Below, one piece after another: positions 22,654 through 34,244 of a stretch of DNA of 52,017 bases. The stretch spans positions 1 through 52,017 of the forward strand of contig KE561021.1 of the NCBI GenBank assembly GCA_000442015.1, in the 5' to 3' direction. The position numbers and the translations under genes were made by a program. Every line of letters starts with the position of its first letter. Position 1 is the stretch's first letter. The notes below the pieces were generated by a model that worked only from the letters and a program-made list of their open reading frames with translations, was not told the origin of the DNA and did no database searches. The DNA comes from Rozella allomycis CSF55 (lineage: Eukaryota).

Positions 22654-25302
22654 TTATAAAGTATTTAGTTTATTTTGAATGTTTGTTCTGATGGTAGAAT
22701 TAGTGGTGAGTTGAAAGAGGGATTCAAGAAGGTCTCTATTTTTGTGTTTGAATGCTAAATCAACAGAGTCTGATATGTATCCGGGATCATTAATGCAAAT
22801 TTTTAATATATTTTTTGCAAAGTGTGGAGTACGCAGTTTTGAGGAATAATGAAAGGCGAGATCGTAACGTTTGGCCCCCATGAGATCATTTACAGCACCC
22901 TAATCGAAGCATGGAATAATAATTACATGTTGAATGAATAAATTCTTAGATTTTGATTGAAGTAGAATTTCAAGTTCATCAAACTTTTGAAATTTTATAA
23001 AGTAGCTAACTTTAATCCTTTGAAACCTAAATAATACGAAAGAATTGAATTTACCTTTTATCATCAACGTTAAAATCATTCTTTAAACGATTAGCTCTTG
23101 AATGAAGACCCATTTCAAACAACTTGACTAATGTGTCGTGTAATGAAAGACCTACAATGGAGGCATGGTTGAAATCAGCATCGATCTGATTTTGAAATAA
23201 TAATAATTTAATAAAATTGTTTATAATCTTTGTTTGAAATGAAATCGACTTGTCTTGGCGAATTATGGAAAGGGCGGACTTTAATTTTGCTATTCTTTCT
23301 TTAACTTCGGCACAATTATAAGATTCTTCTATTAATAACATTGCGCTATTCCATCTTTGATCGTCTTGATAGTAATAATCCTTTAGCAAGTCATAATCCG
23401 TCTCTTTGTAAAAGTTCTCAAGTAATCTTCCAGCAAGTGGCAAGGAGTTAATGATATTTAAAAAATTTGATAGAGAATTGTTAATTTTTGCGTGGAATAT
23501 CACCAAATATATAAGATCTGCGTCTAGACTATTCAATGCTTTTTCAAGGGCTAATTTATCTTTATTCATTGATAAAAGTAATGGTATTTGTTCACAGAGA
23601 TTGCTTTCGTGATCAAGAAGCAAAACTGCCAAATTTACCTTCCCTTTGCTAAATGCGATTTTAGCGATTTCAGAGTATGAAATTCCAGAAAGCGGAGTTT
23701 GACTTAATTTGGAAACAATTGTATTATAAACTTGATGATCCTCGTCATTACAATTTATTTTCTGACAAGCCCAATCCATTACAATTTTATCGACTGGATG
23801 TTTTATGAATTGAGAAATTTTGATAGCCATCAAATGAAGATTTCTTTCAATTAATCTTTCAATGATGTTTCCAAACCCACAACTATCGTACTGAGTAAAA
23901 GTCATAAACATTCCAACATCTTCGTTTCTTAAATTGTGTAAAATTCTTATAACTTGACAAGCTTTTACAAACTTTGAATGATTGTATGTTTCTAAATATG
24001 ATTTTCCAAAGGAAGCAGACTTTAGAAGCTTTGCTTGTGAGTCAACGTCCATGTCATGGAGAGCTGCTTCAATGCATTCATCAACTGCTTCTGTCAAATT
24101 TGGAAGTATCGTTCTAATTATTTCATCTGTTTTGCCTAACTGTTTTTCAAAGTTTTCATACGCATCACAAAGCAAAGCGCTCGGCTTAGTTGAACCTGGC
24201 TTTAATACATTGATAATAGAATCTGGAATTTTCTTTATCATATGACAGGATAAAGAATCAATTAATACTATCGAATCTAATTGATGCATTAAAAATGACT
24301 TTTCATCTAACGAAAATCATATTATGAATCAAATGAAATGTTTACTTGATAAAATTGCCAGTTGGGCCAATCAGATAAAAATAATCGTCCCAGGAAATAA
24401 CAACTGCATCAGAGCCACACCTTTATATTCTAAAGTATTTTTTAACATACCACATCATCTGATTAGGAAAATTATCGTATTCAACTTCAACTGACATTAC
24501 TTCATTAAACGACATATCATACACAATAAGCATCTTTTTCATATCCAATGCAGCTATAAGGTTATTATCAGATGACACGCAAAGAAAGCCAAAACTTTTA
24601 TTCGAAATAGTTATGTTCCCTTTATCGGTTAATCCTAATCTAATCATTCTCTCTTGGCATGCTATTAACACATCTGGAACATGGTTCTCTTCAATTAAAC
24701 ACCACGAATGCGGGTATTCAAATAGATCAGTATTGCAATATACGGTTGGGATCCGGCTATTGAACTCCATTAATATAAACTTGTAATCTCTGGTCATTGC
24801 AACCAACCCATATTTATAGAATTTGCACTCTAATATTCCTGCTTCTTTTGCCTCTTTGCCAAGTGAGAATATGTCATGATTATTTCTCAAATCAATCATG
24901 TGCACAAATCCGGATTCAATTACCACCACAAGAACATCCAATAAAGTCCAGTTCATTGACACAATTTTTGAATGATCATTCCACTTTGAAAAAAAACTTG
25001 AAAGCAATACCTGAACTTGATGTAATAGCCTTCCACTCATGTTATAGATTATGATGTCCGTCTTTAAGGATTTATTTTTGATGCCTAAATGGTTCTTTTC
25101 ATTCCTAATAACGGCTTATTAATTAAATTGTACGCGATTACCGATAGGACCACCATTTTTTGCAACAGAGAGATGAACATTTTGCAAACTGTCAATATTC
25201 CAATCCATGTGATATAAAAATGTCTTTTAAATTAATTGAATAAAATTTTAAGCGTACTTTGTGGTAATATTGATCATCCAAGACCTTCCAATCAAAAAGC
25301 AT
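22654..25302 (-). CDS. VPS16: Vacuolar protein sorting 16 (HOPS/CORVET core), multi-exon
   Basis: MLFDWKVLDDQYYHK, GGPI, AVDECIEAA..QAKLLKSASFGK, WACQKI, GISYSEIAKIA, EQIPLLLSM, DADLIYLV and DYYYQDD. Confidence 0.95.
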
Positions 25303-25630
25303 GATTTTTGAGAAATATAGATTTCAAAATTTCTGATTGGAATCATTGAAGAAACATCAGGATTCTTTGAAAAACGACATCAAAAAGGACCACAATAAAT
25401 CGGTTGCGAACAATCAGGCGTTATAAAGTATAAAGTACTTTCAATCTCAATTTTAAATAGGNCGATAGCGAAGAAAACATTATAGAGAAAATCCACTGTT
25501 GGCAAAATATTCAGAACTAATTATTTATAAGACAAACCTAAAGAAAAAAGATAAGTTTGAAAGAGATTATTAATTTTAGATGTTGAATTTTGAAATATTT
25601 TGGAGGAAGTGGCCTTAATCTTAACCTTGT

Positions 25631-25652
25631 CACATGTGCTTGTGTAAGCCAC
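25631..25652 (+). promoter_or_regulatory. CACATGTG + AAGCCAC motif pair upstream of ATG 25663
   Basis: Same spacing between the two motifs as in the 20977 promoter. Confidence 0.5.
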
Positions 25653-25662
25653 TGAGAAAAAA

Positions 25663-26404
25663 ATGAAAGTAGCGATTATAATATTATTTTTCCTTTCTTT
25701 TATACTTTCTGCTCCCCTAGAGTTTTATGAAAAGCAATGGGAAACGAATTTATTTAAGTTCTGTAACACATATGCTATACCCAAAAGTAGATAATATTGC
25801 CGATGATGCAAAATGGATAAAGTGGAAAAATGACTTTAATAACATGGAAAAAGCCTTGGAAAACAATGGAATCTGTTCATTGTATGAAGATAAATGTTTA
25901 GAGTTAATGGATAATGTGGAATTGTATAGAAAAGCATTTCAGAATGTTCTTATGAAAGTCATAGAGACGCGTTTAATTAAATCGAATAGACATAAACTTT
26001 GGTATTCTAGTAAGATTTTTCTTTTTGATGAAAGAAGCGATTGAAAAATTGAATGATAAGAGTGCACCAGAAGATTTGTGCACCACTCGCGCTTCTTACA
26101 ATAAACTCATGAAAAGTATGTCAAAACCATTAAATTTACTCGCTGAAGCATTGAAGACAGTTGGTCATTTTATGACCGAGATCGAAGAATCCACATTGAA
26201 GATCCAACATGATTTGAGTGTAGCGATTGAAAATCAAGAAAAAGAATCAAATGAAGATGATAAAAGCACATTGAAAGACTTGGAAGATAAATGGAATTTG
26301 ATGATTGAATATCAATTGCAGATTTCGGATTACATCGAATTAATTCATAGCGCCGAATTTATTTTAAGAGATGTTGCACGTCGCCAAGATTATGAAGAAA
26401 ATAA
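25663..26404 (+). CDS. Secreted helical family member 4, 5' part (split by scaffold joins)
   Basis: Signal peptide MKVAIIILFFLSFILSAP, two phase-1 introns and KWIKWKNDF. Ends at N26405 in ELIHSAEFILRDVARRQDYEEN, which recurs after N28608. Confidence 0.75.
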
Positions 26405-26405
26405 N

Positions 26406-28458
26406 GAGTCAATCCAGTGGTAACGATCAAATTAAACAACGCAATATTATCCTCCTTGAGACTAAGGATTTCATTCTTAAATATATACCAGTTCAAGTAA
26501 TATTTTCTTAAATTATATGATCGAGAGCAACGACATTGGCCAGCTAGTAATCGGCTCATTGCGTTTAAGGTTGTATTTGCGTTCTCTGGCTTTTTAGCTT
26601 CATTAAATATAATAGAAGCAGATATATCAAAAGAAAAACATTGAGATATTAAATGTTTAGTGCCAAGATAGTTTGCCAGAGGTGGATGAAGAATGGAAGG
26701 ATCTTTGTGAGCACATCTTTGCAGAGCTTCGTAATTCTCAGAGGAAAAAATATATAAAAATACTACTCCATTCTCAACATAGTAACAACCTGATAGCATT
26801 CTTCTTGATAACTCTACATTTCTAGTTTGCACCACGAGGCGCTCTAAACCTTCCAGGATCTTCTTGTCCTTTAGTGAAATGAAAAAATCTAATTCACGGA
26901 GACTTGGGTTTATTTGGTTTTCAATCATGAAATCGATTGCCAAGGCGTAATATTTTTGCTCCCAAAGAATATCTAAAATAGCGGTTAAATCGATTTGAGG
27001 GTTATAATTATAGCTATTTCTGGAAATCCCGATAGTGTATTCATTAAACTTTTTCCAATCTTCAACACTGGGAAATTTTGACACAAAAATTGAACTTTTC
27101 CATTTCAGAAAATTATGAATTGAAACGATGACATTCAAAACACCCTGATCAAACTTCATCTCGGTTGGAATATTAATCGCCTTTTTATTAATAAAAAATT
27201 TAATTGAATTTTTTCTCTCAAGTGAAAACTCAAAGTGTTTTGCAAGGGTCAACGCAAAGTCATACTTTTCGTCCCTCAATGCCAACTCAAGTTCATATTT
27301 GGCACTTTGGTAAACTAATGGTTCGTATTTATGGTTGTCTGTAGAATCAAAAACTTCTCTTATTGCTTTGATCCAATTCATCCCTTGATTCACTGGAAAC
27401 CTCTTAATGGCTTTTAAAACATCTTTCTTTCCCAGATAATGAAACGATCGATCGCAAAGAAAATTTAAAAGTTCAGAATCTTTCTCTTTAAATGCATTTT
27501 CAAGTAACAGTTTTAAACAAATAGATCCACATTGTACAATCTGAGATAAGATCTTGGGTTCTCCAAGTTTAACAACAGGAATAGCCTCTTTTCTCTTGAT
27601 AAACAATTCTTTCAAAGCCAAATGCATATTTTGGTGTGTCGCTAGAACATCGAACCAGTAAACAACTCTAGATTTGTCGACTGAAGAAAACACTCCAGAG
27701 CTTGCCAAACGAGCAAAGAAATCTGTATGATTTATTTTACAATCAGCAGCGAGATCCCATTTGTTCATTATTTTCACCACCAATTCAAATATATTCTTCT
27801 TCAAGGCTTCCATTAAAAATTCAACATCTTTTAAAGGAGTTCCAAATGGTTTAAAGTTGTTTATCATCTCTATTTTATAGTCATTGTATCCATTAACATC
27901 AAATATCATCGCTTCAACTACCAATCTTTTTCCTGTCGTTAATGCGTAATTGTATACATTCGTAACGTAGTATTTTGCATCTCTCAGTAAATACTTTAGC
28001 ACATATATCAATTGCTTTTCTATAGCGTCAATCAACACCTCTTCAAATCCTAGCCCTTTCGGGCTAATTACATGTTGGAAAAAATTGTCGCACATGACTT
28101 TGCTAGTTTCCAAATCGCCAAATTCATAGTCTACGAAAGGATCTGTTGGAATAATCTTTCTTGACTTGGAAAGTGCTTCGTTGCAAATGTCCAGGGGATC
28201 TACATTGTACTTGTTGAAATAATCATAATATTCAGTTTCATGACCCGATTTTCCATATTTTATGATAGACTCAAAAAGCCTAATAATATCAGCACTACTT
28301 TTTCTTTTGAAAGCATATTCCACCATCTCACGGTCAGATAACAATGTTTCTAGCGTTGAATACAGAAGCTTGCTGTCAGGCGTATATTGAGTATTAGTGC
28401 AAAGAATAATATTGAGTGTAAAAACACAAAACAGCACCAGGCGTGTTACGATCCACAT
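26406..28458 (-). CDS. Intronless secreted protein of unknown function (>680 aa, 3' end cut by N)
   Basis: Long ORF with hydrophobic N-terminus MWIVTRLVLFCVFTLNIILC. No recognised domain. The apparent stop lies across an N join. Confidence 0.75.
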
Positions 28459-28544
28459 TTACCAGGGATATAACATGTGCAGAAAGAAAATTGTTCGATG
28501 GATTATGTTAATCTTTGAGTAACATTTGTAAATAAGTATACTAT

Positions 28545-28607
28545 GGGCTCATAGCTCAGTTGGTAGAGCGCACGCTTTGCATGTGTGAGGTCCCGTGTTC
28601 AAACCCC
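28545..28607 (+). tRNA. tRNA-Ala(TGC), 3' end truncated by N (possibly a pseudogene)
   Basis: GGGCTCA-TA-GCTC AGTTGGTA GAGC-G-CACGC TTTGCAT GTGTG-AGGTC-CCGTG TTCAAAC CC.. The T-stem appears to contain a mismatch. Confidence 0.75.
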
Positions 28608-28608
28608 N

Positions 28609-29660
28609 GTTGAATTAATTCAAAGTGCTGAATTTATTTTAAGAGATGTTGCACGTCGCCAAGATTATGAAGAAAATAATATTGATTTTATTAACGAAAT
28701 ATACATCGCTATGACGCGGATTATAAAGTTTTTCGAATTTTGGAATTCCCCAATTAATGAAACTGAATCCAATGAAATCATCAAAAATGACATTTTCATT
28801 AAAAATTATGTATATTTTAGTAATAGATTTTTCTGTTTACAATAAAGGTCAAATTCAACATGCTAAGAATGTTAATAACTGGACACGAAGATTCGATAAT
28901 GTTGAAGATTCATTGGCACAAATACAAATAGAAAATATCGATTATAGAGAATTATTTCAAGCTTATAGAAACTTCAGGGGCGTTCAGATTAATAATTTTA
29001 GAAAATCTTTCAATGATGAATCTGATAAAATCTCAAACACAATCTCTGCAGGTAACTGGATATACTTTATAACATGTAGCCCTCTATGATTATATTAATT
29101 TAAAAGAAAATAATATGGTTGATTATTTCAACATTGATTTCTCCAACCTAACAATCTCTCTTAATGAAATCTGTAAAAAATTGGAGAGTTTGCTTGATTC
29201 TTTAGCAACCATGATGACTTACAATAAGGTTGCTTATGGAAAAGATTTGAAAAATAGACTTGAAGAACTAAACGAAGCCAACATCAAAGCTAAAATGGAA
29301 TATAAAGACGATGGCAAAAAGAAGTCAAAGTTTAAAAATATTTCCAAGTTTATCGACAAATTAAAAAACAAGAAGAAAAAACCAATCGATATTACAAAGT
29401 CAATAGATGAACAAATTGTTCAAATTGAAATAAATGATTTGACTGCCAAAATAGAATCCACTAACAAAGGCTTTTATCATATAGAACAATTTCTCAAAGA
29501 CTTAATGGGTTTGTTAAATGATGTGGTCTTGAGCTTTAAGGATGCTTTACAGCATGGTAACAACATTGCCAATCTTAACGCTGACGATAAAGCCCTTCTT
29601 CTCGCCTGTGTTAAGAAGAATGTCTTGGTTCTGAAATACTTTATAAACTCAATAAACTAA
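28609..29660 (+). CDS. Secreted helical family member 4, 3' part (end of domain 1 plus domain 2)
   Basis: Overlaps the end of the 25663 gene in sequence. Two more phase-1 introns, NNWTRRFDNV, a Lys-rich segment and C-terminal LLACVKKNVLVLKYFINSIN. Confidence 0.75.
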
Positions 29661-29734
29661 ATTAGATATTATTTTTATAGTCACATTTTATAGGCGCAAG
29701 CAAAAATTCTACCCTGGTAGATCCGCGAAAAAAA

Positions 29735-30654
29735 ATGAATTGGAAAATTACCACCCTCTTATTCACACTGGCGGTTTCTTTGGTGACTGGTACGGTATAC
29801 ACCCCGAATGAGGATCTTTTCTTGACTCAGAGTAACTCAACTTAAATTTGTACAACTAGTCGATCTCACTGACGAAGGCAGAATAATGCGCTGGAAAATG
29901 GATTTTGATGTCATCAATCAGTTCTTTGAACCACATCCAAGCCCTGACTTTCCAACTTCTGATCAGGAAAATGTTGTTCACCATTTTTTCGGTGACCTTC
30001 TAGATTATATCCATTCAAATTCACGAGCCCTAGAAACGATTGATCACAGTATTTTTATTCATGTATTTATATGTAGCGTTGTTGGACATCAAAACTTTTC
30101 TAGAAGCCAATAGCGATATCGACATGGAACTGAGGCAAAAATGTCGGTTTTCTTCAGCAATTATCATTTCTTTCTTGCACGGATTTGATTTGGAATTCGA
30201 TAAGATTCTTAATGATTTCCAGGATTTGCAAGATTCTATTATAGAAGCCCGAAACATAGAAGGTGCTGAATACGTTCACCTGCTAGAAAAGATTTGCGCC
30301 AAAAGAAATAACAAAGCTTCCTGCATGAAAAAATTGAAAGGCTTTATTAACTCTCTTCTTAATAAACGCAAAGTAATACATGAAAACACTGTACTATACT
30401 TGTCAGTGAATGAAATGAAAGAGATAAAGGATATTGAAAATAATAGAAAAAATTTAGATCGCTTTGAAAATGTTTGTAAAGAATTCATACAAGTGATTGA
30501 AATGATCGGCTTTAGACTCAATGAATCTACTACTTATTGGACTATTAATATAACACTAGATACATTAAATGACCTGCATGTCTATATGGATTTTCTGGCG
30601 AGTGTTAGAAAAATGGTGAACACTCTTGAGGGCTTTATTAATAGAATAAATTAA
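29735..30654 (+). CDS. Secreted helical family member 5 (single domain)
   Basis: Signal peptide MNWKITTLLFTLAVSLVTG. Introns at 29832-29859 and 30049-30076 (28 nt, phase 1). Motifs MRWKMDF and C-terminal MDFLASVRKMVNTLEGFINRIN. Confidence 0.8.
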
Positions 30655-30899
30655 ACTTTAACATTTCTTTATCAAACACGTATTAGATTCATAGTTTTTA
30701 TCGAGATGAATTGAGTTTTTTATAACACACTCCTTTTAAGGGATGGCGAGTTTTACATGTTCTTGCCACTTAAGAAATCCAACATCACCCATAGTAGTTG
30801 TATTTATAGCATAAACTTAATTTATGCTATAATGAAGGACCGTGGGAATGCATTGCCAAAACAATCTTATCCCATTCGTCTGACCAAGCCACACAAAAA

Positions 30900-32604
30900 A
30901 TGTGGATCCCTGCAATTTGTGTTTTCATATGTTTTGTTGTTTCAAGCCCCGTGCAAGAGACCCAAAAGGAAATTTTTGATTTCGATAACTTTCTTGGACA
31001 GTGCAACAGTATTTCTGCAAGTAACTAGCTGTCTTTTTATGCATCAGATCTTGCCGACCATCACAAGTGGAACCAGTGGAGATCAAATCTTTGTCCTCTA
31101 CCAATGGTTATAAGTTCAACCATAAAGCTTCCACTTAGAGATGCTGATATTGTCTCGGAACACGTTGCCGGACTTATCAACATGATCGAACAGGACTTGG
31201 TGCCAGTTGTAGATGAGAACATCACTAAAAACTTACAGGAATGGAGACTTGGTAACTAATTTTCAAGTCGATAAATAGCTGCTGCAAAGTTGAGAAGCGA
31301 AAGGGACGCTGTCAAGCAGACTCAGATTTTCGCAGAGACAATTAAAAGTTTGAAAGAACACCTGTCTCCAGTTCTTGAAAAGCTCGAATATATCTCCAAC
31401 CAAAGACAAGAGACTAACAAAGTCATGGAGAGATTTGAAAGAGACATGCACGCCAAGTACATTGATGATGCTAAAAAGGCAACCGCTCCAAAGACCCGTT
31501 TTGACATTGAAAGTTTGTTTCTTCAGCCTACTCTTGACGAAAGTATGATTTATTCAATGTGTTGATAAGATGATGAACGTAGAGTAAGCAAATTGCTGAG
31601 CTATACAGAAACTGATGTCGAAGATAATGAAAACCACTTTTTAAGTGAAATTCACAAAGAAGATGATGAAAACCTATTTGTAAGTGAAAGACACAAAAAG
31701 AATACACTCTTTTTGCGTGATTTAAATGAAAGAACTTTTATACTCTACGAGATTACTGATGAGGCATCTGTTATTTTTGCTGAATTGTGTAAAACCGTAA
31801 TTGAATTCGATAACAATCAACAACGTGTTGCTTTCCTTGATAGGGTTCATCAATTGACTGCCGATGTTCAAAAGTTTGCGTATTTTGCAAGTCAGCCGCA
31901 ACTCATGCCGGGAAGAGATGATTTGTATTTGCGAGGTACAGAGTTTGGTAAAATTTATAATTTTTGCGACATAGAAAAGCTTGAGGATCCACTAGTCATG
32001 GAAGAATGGCGTTTAAAAGTGAAGAAGATTGAAAGATTTGTGAAAAGACTCGACGATGAATCTTCTATTATAGACTTCAACTCTTTCACTGCTTATAAGG
32101 AGAACATGAGAATTATTATCAGGGAGCTTTATGAAGATTTTGAATTCGGTAATTAAATTAACCATTCTTGTAATTCCAGATAAAGTATCTATCAACAAAT
32201 TAAAATTAAATCTTCGTGTCTTTAGAAAAATAAACTTTAGAACAAAGAGTTGCAAAATAGCGGACCATTTAAAAGACATTGCTTCAACCACCTTTAATAT
32301 GAAATGGAATTCACGGCTAAAAGATCGTTATTTGGAAATGCGATACAATGAAAGTAAATTTGGAAAGTTAAAAAGAAAATTGTTGCGTGGAACTCAAAAA
32401 GAAGAAGAATCTTTGGATGACATTAAACGATACATCAAAGAGTATGCAGATCTTATTATTACTGTTTTCAATAAGGCTGGAAATCAGCATGGTAAACCTG
32501 TTGGAGATGAGATTGAGGTGAATTTCTTGCAAAGACATCTTGATCAATTGAAAAGTGCTGAAAGAATTACAAAGATTTTCAAAGACCTGTTATTTCCGCA
32601 ATAA
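30900..32604 (+). CDS. Secreted helical family member 6 (two tandem domains)
   Basis: Signal peptide MWIPAICVFICFVVSSP. Motifs KWNQWR, DLVPVVDENI..WRL, LSPVLEKL and VAFLDRVHQLTADVQKF. Ends LKSAERITKIFKDL. Several phase-1 introns. Closest relative is the 20977 gene. Confidence 0.8.
31620..31697 (+). repeat. 39-bp coding tandem duplication
   Basis: EDNENHFLSEIHK / EDDENLFVSERHK. Confidence 0.85.
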
Positions 32605-32680
32605 AAATACTTGATCGTTATTTTTTACTTGTTGTGCTTAAATTTTTTATCTTACATTTTAACTACATTTCGTGAAGAAA

Positions 32681-32708
32681 CACGTGTACAAAGTACTCTA
32701 CCAGCCAC
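32681..32708 (+). promoter_or_regulatory. CACGTG + CAGCCAC upstream of ATG 32721
   Basis: Recurrent motif pair. Confidence 0.5.
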
Positions 32709-32720
32709 CAATATTAAGCA

Positions 32721-33805
32721 ATGTTTTTCATACTTTTCCAGTTTCTCCTTTTACAAATCATTTGTGCACCAAAAAGAGAGCGTAGTATTAACAATGGAAT
32801 CATATCTTCAATATTTCCAGGCTATGGTAAGATTTCCAGTGTATTGTCACAGAAAACGTATTAACGCCACAAAGAATGTTGGTTCAAAAAGAATCTCTGA
32901 AACAAGTGCAGAGTGATCTAAACTTTAAGTTGATTAGAGGACGTGTTTCTAACATAGTGATGGTTGCACGTGTGATGCATATGGAGATTAGACTGAAGCA
33001 ACTGTTAGAAAAGATAGATGGGTTATGGAGTATGGGAAGCGACAAGCTGACTATCAGTGTGAATAATCTTGAGAATAGTAAGTGTTTAATCGGTGTGATA
33101 TTAGTTGTGGACGATATGAAAAATCATTACTATTATGGAGAGATATCTGCAAAAAATATGCAGAATACTTTTAACGAGCTTTTTTTAATGATGAGGGAGC
33201 ATTTGAATGATTTGTTTAATGAGATTGTAGTGATTAGGGCGAATGCGAGAAAATTGAAGACGAATATGGTTGATGTTGTAGAGTATTTGGAGAAGAGTGT
33301 GTCGAGGAATATGGAGAAGAAGAGGATTGTGGTTAAAAAGGAAAAGAGGAGGAGTGTTGTAGTGAATAAGGAGAAAAAGAGTTTGAAGAGTCGAATGACT
33401 GTTATGAGTTTAATGAATAAAGTTTTTAGGAAAAAGAAGAGAGAGAACAACAGAGAATTTTTGGAAGAAAATAACGAGTTGACAATAGATGAAAAACGAG
33501 AGTTGGAATCGGAAGAAAGACGAGAGTTGGAATCGGATGAAAATCGAGAAGAAATTGACGGTTCCAATAAGAGCAAAAATGAGACTATAGACAATGAAGT
33601 CTTAAAAGAAATAGAAGCAATTAAAACAGGAATTGAAACTTTAAAGGAATTTGTGTGGTATCTTGGCTATATAATTAAAGTGTTAATCAATGTGATAGAT
33701 GATTGGATATATTTTGTCGATGTAGAAAGAGGTGCATGGGCGATGGACGTGATGGCTAGCATGAAATTTATGTTACAAAATATATTCACTTCAATTCAAC
33801 TATAA
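32721..33805 (+). CDS. Secreted helical family member 7 (tandem paralog of the 34245 gene)
   Basis: Signal peptide MFFILFQFLLLQIICAP. A 26-nt intron plus an in-frame 27-nt intron, both phase 1. C-terminal MDVMASMKFMLQNIFTSIQL. Confidence 0.8.
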
Positions 33806-34187
33806 AGCGATTCATAGAATTACGAAAATAACAAAATCTATTAAGAATTTGAAAAGAAAGCAATAATAAATATGTTATTACAACTCGAACCCTCCACTTT
33901 AATAATTGGCTATTTTGTTTTCGATTTGCCTAATCTATTCAATGATGAATTTACATCAGAAGATTACCATAAAGAATAAATTCCATGGCAGACCAAGACC
34001 CCTGAAACTCTGTGTACAGTACTGGATTGTGCGCGCGCCTCTGCTGTAGCGCCTTGAGCAATATACTCCTTTCAGATTGTCATGCCTGTTGTTTCCAATA
34101 AGACTTTTGATATTCATATTACGAATAAAGGCAATAAAAATACTTGACTTGATCTTATAAACATTTAAACTAGTTTTCCTCAATAAA

Positions 34188-34229
34188 CACGTGTGGCACT
34201 CGCCTTGACAATGTGCTCCACCAAGCCAC
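34188..34229 (+). promoter_or_regulatory. CACGTG + AAGCCAC upstream of ATG 34245
   Basis: Recurrent motif pair. Confidence 0.5.
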
Positions 34230-34244
34230 CCAAAAAGATAGAAA

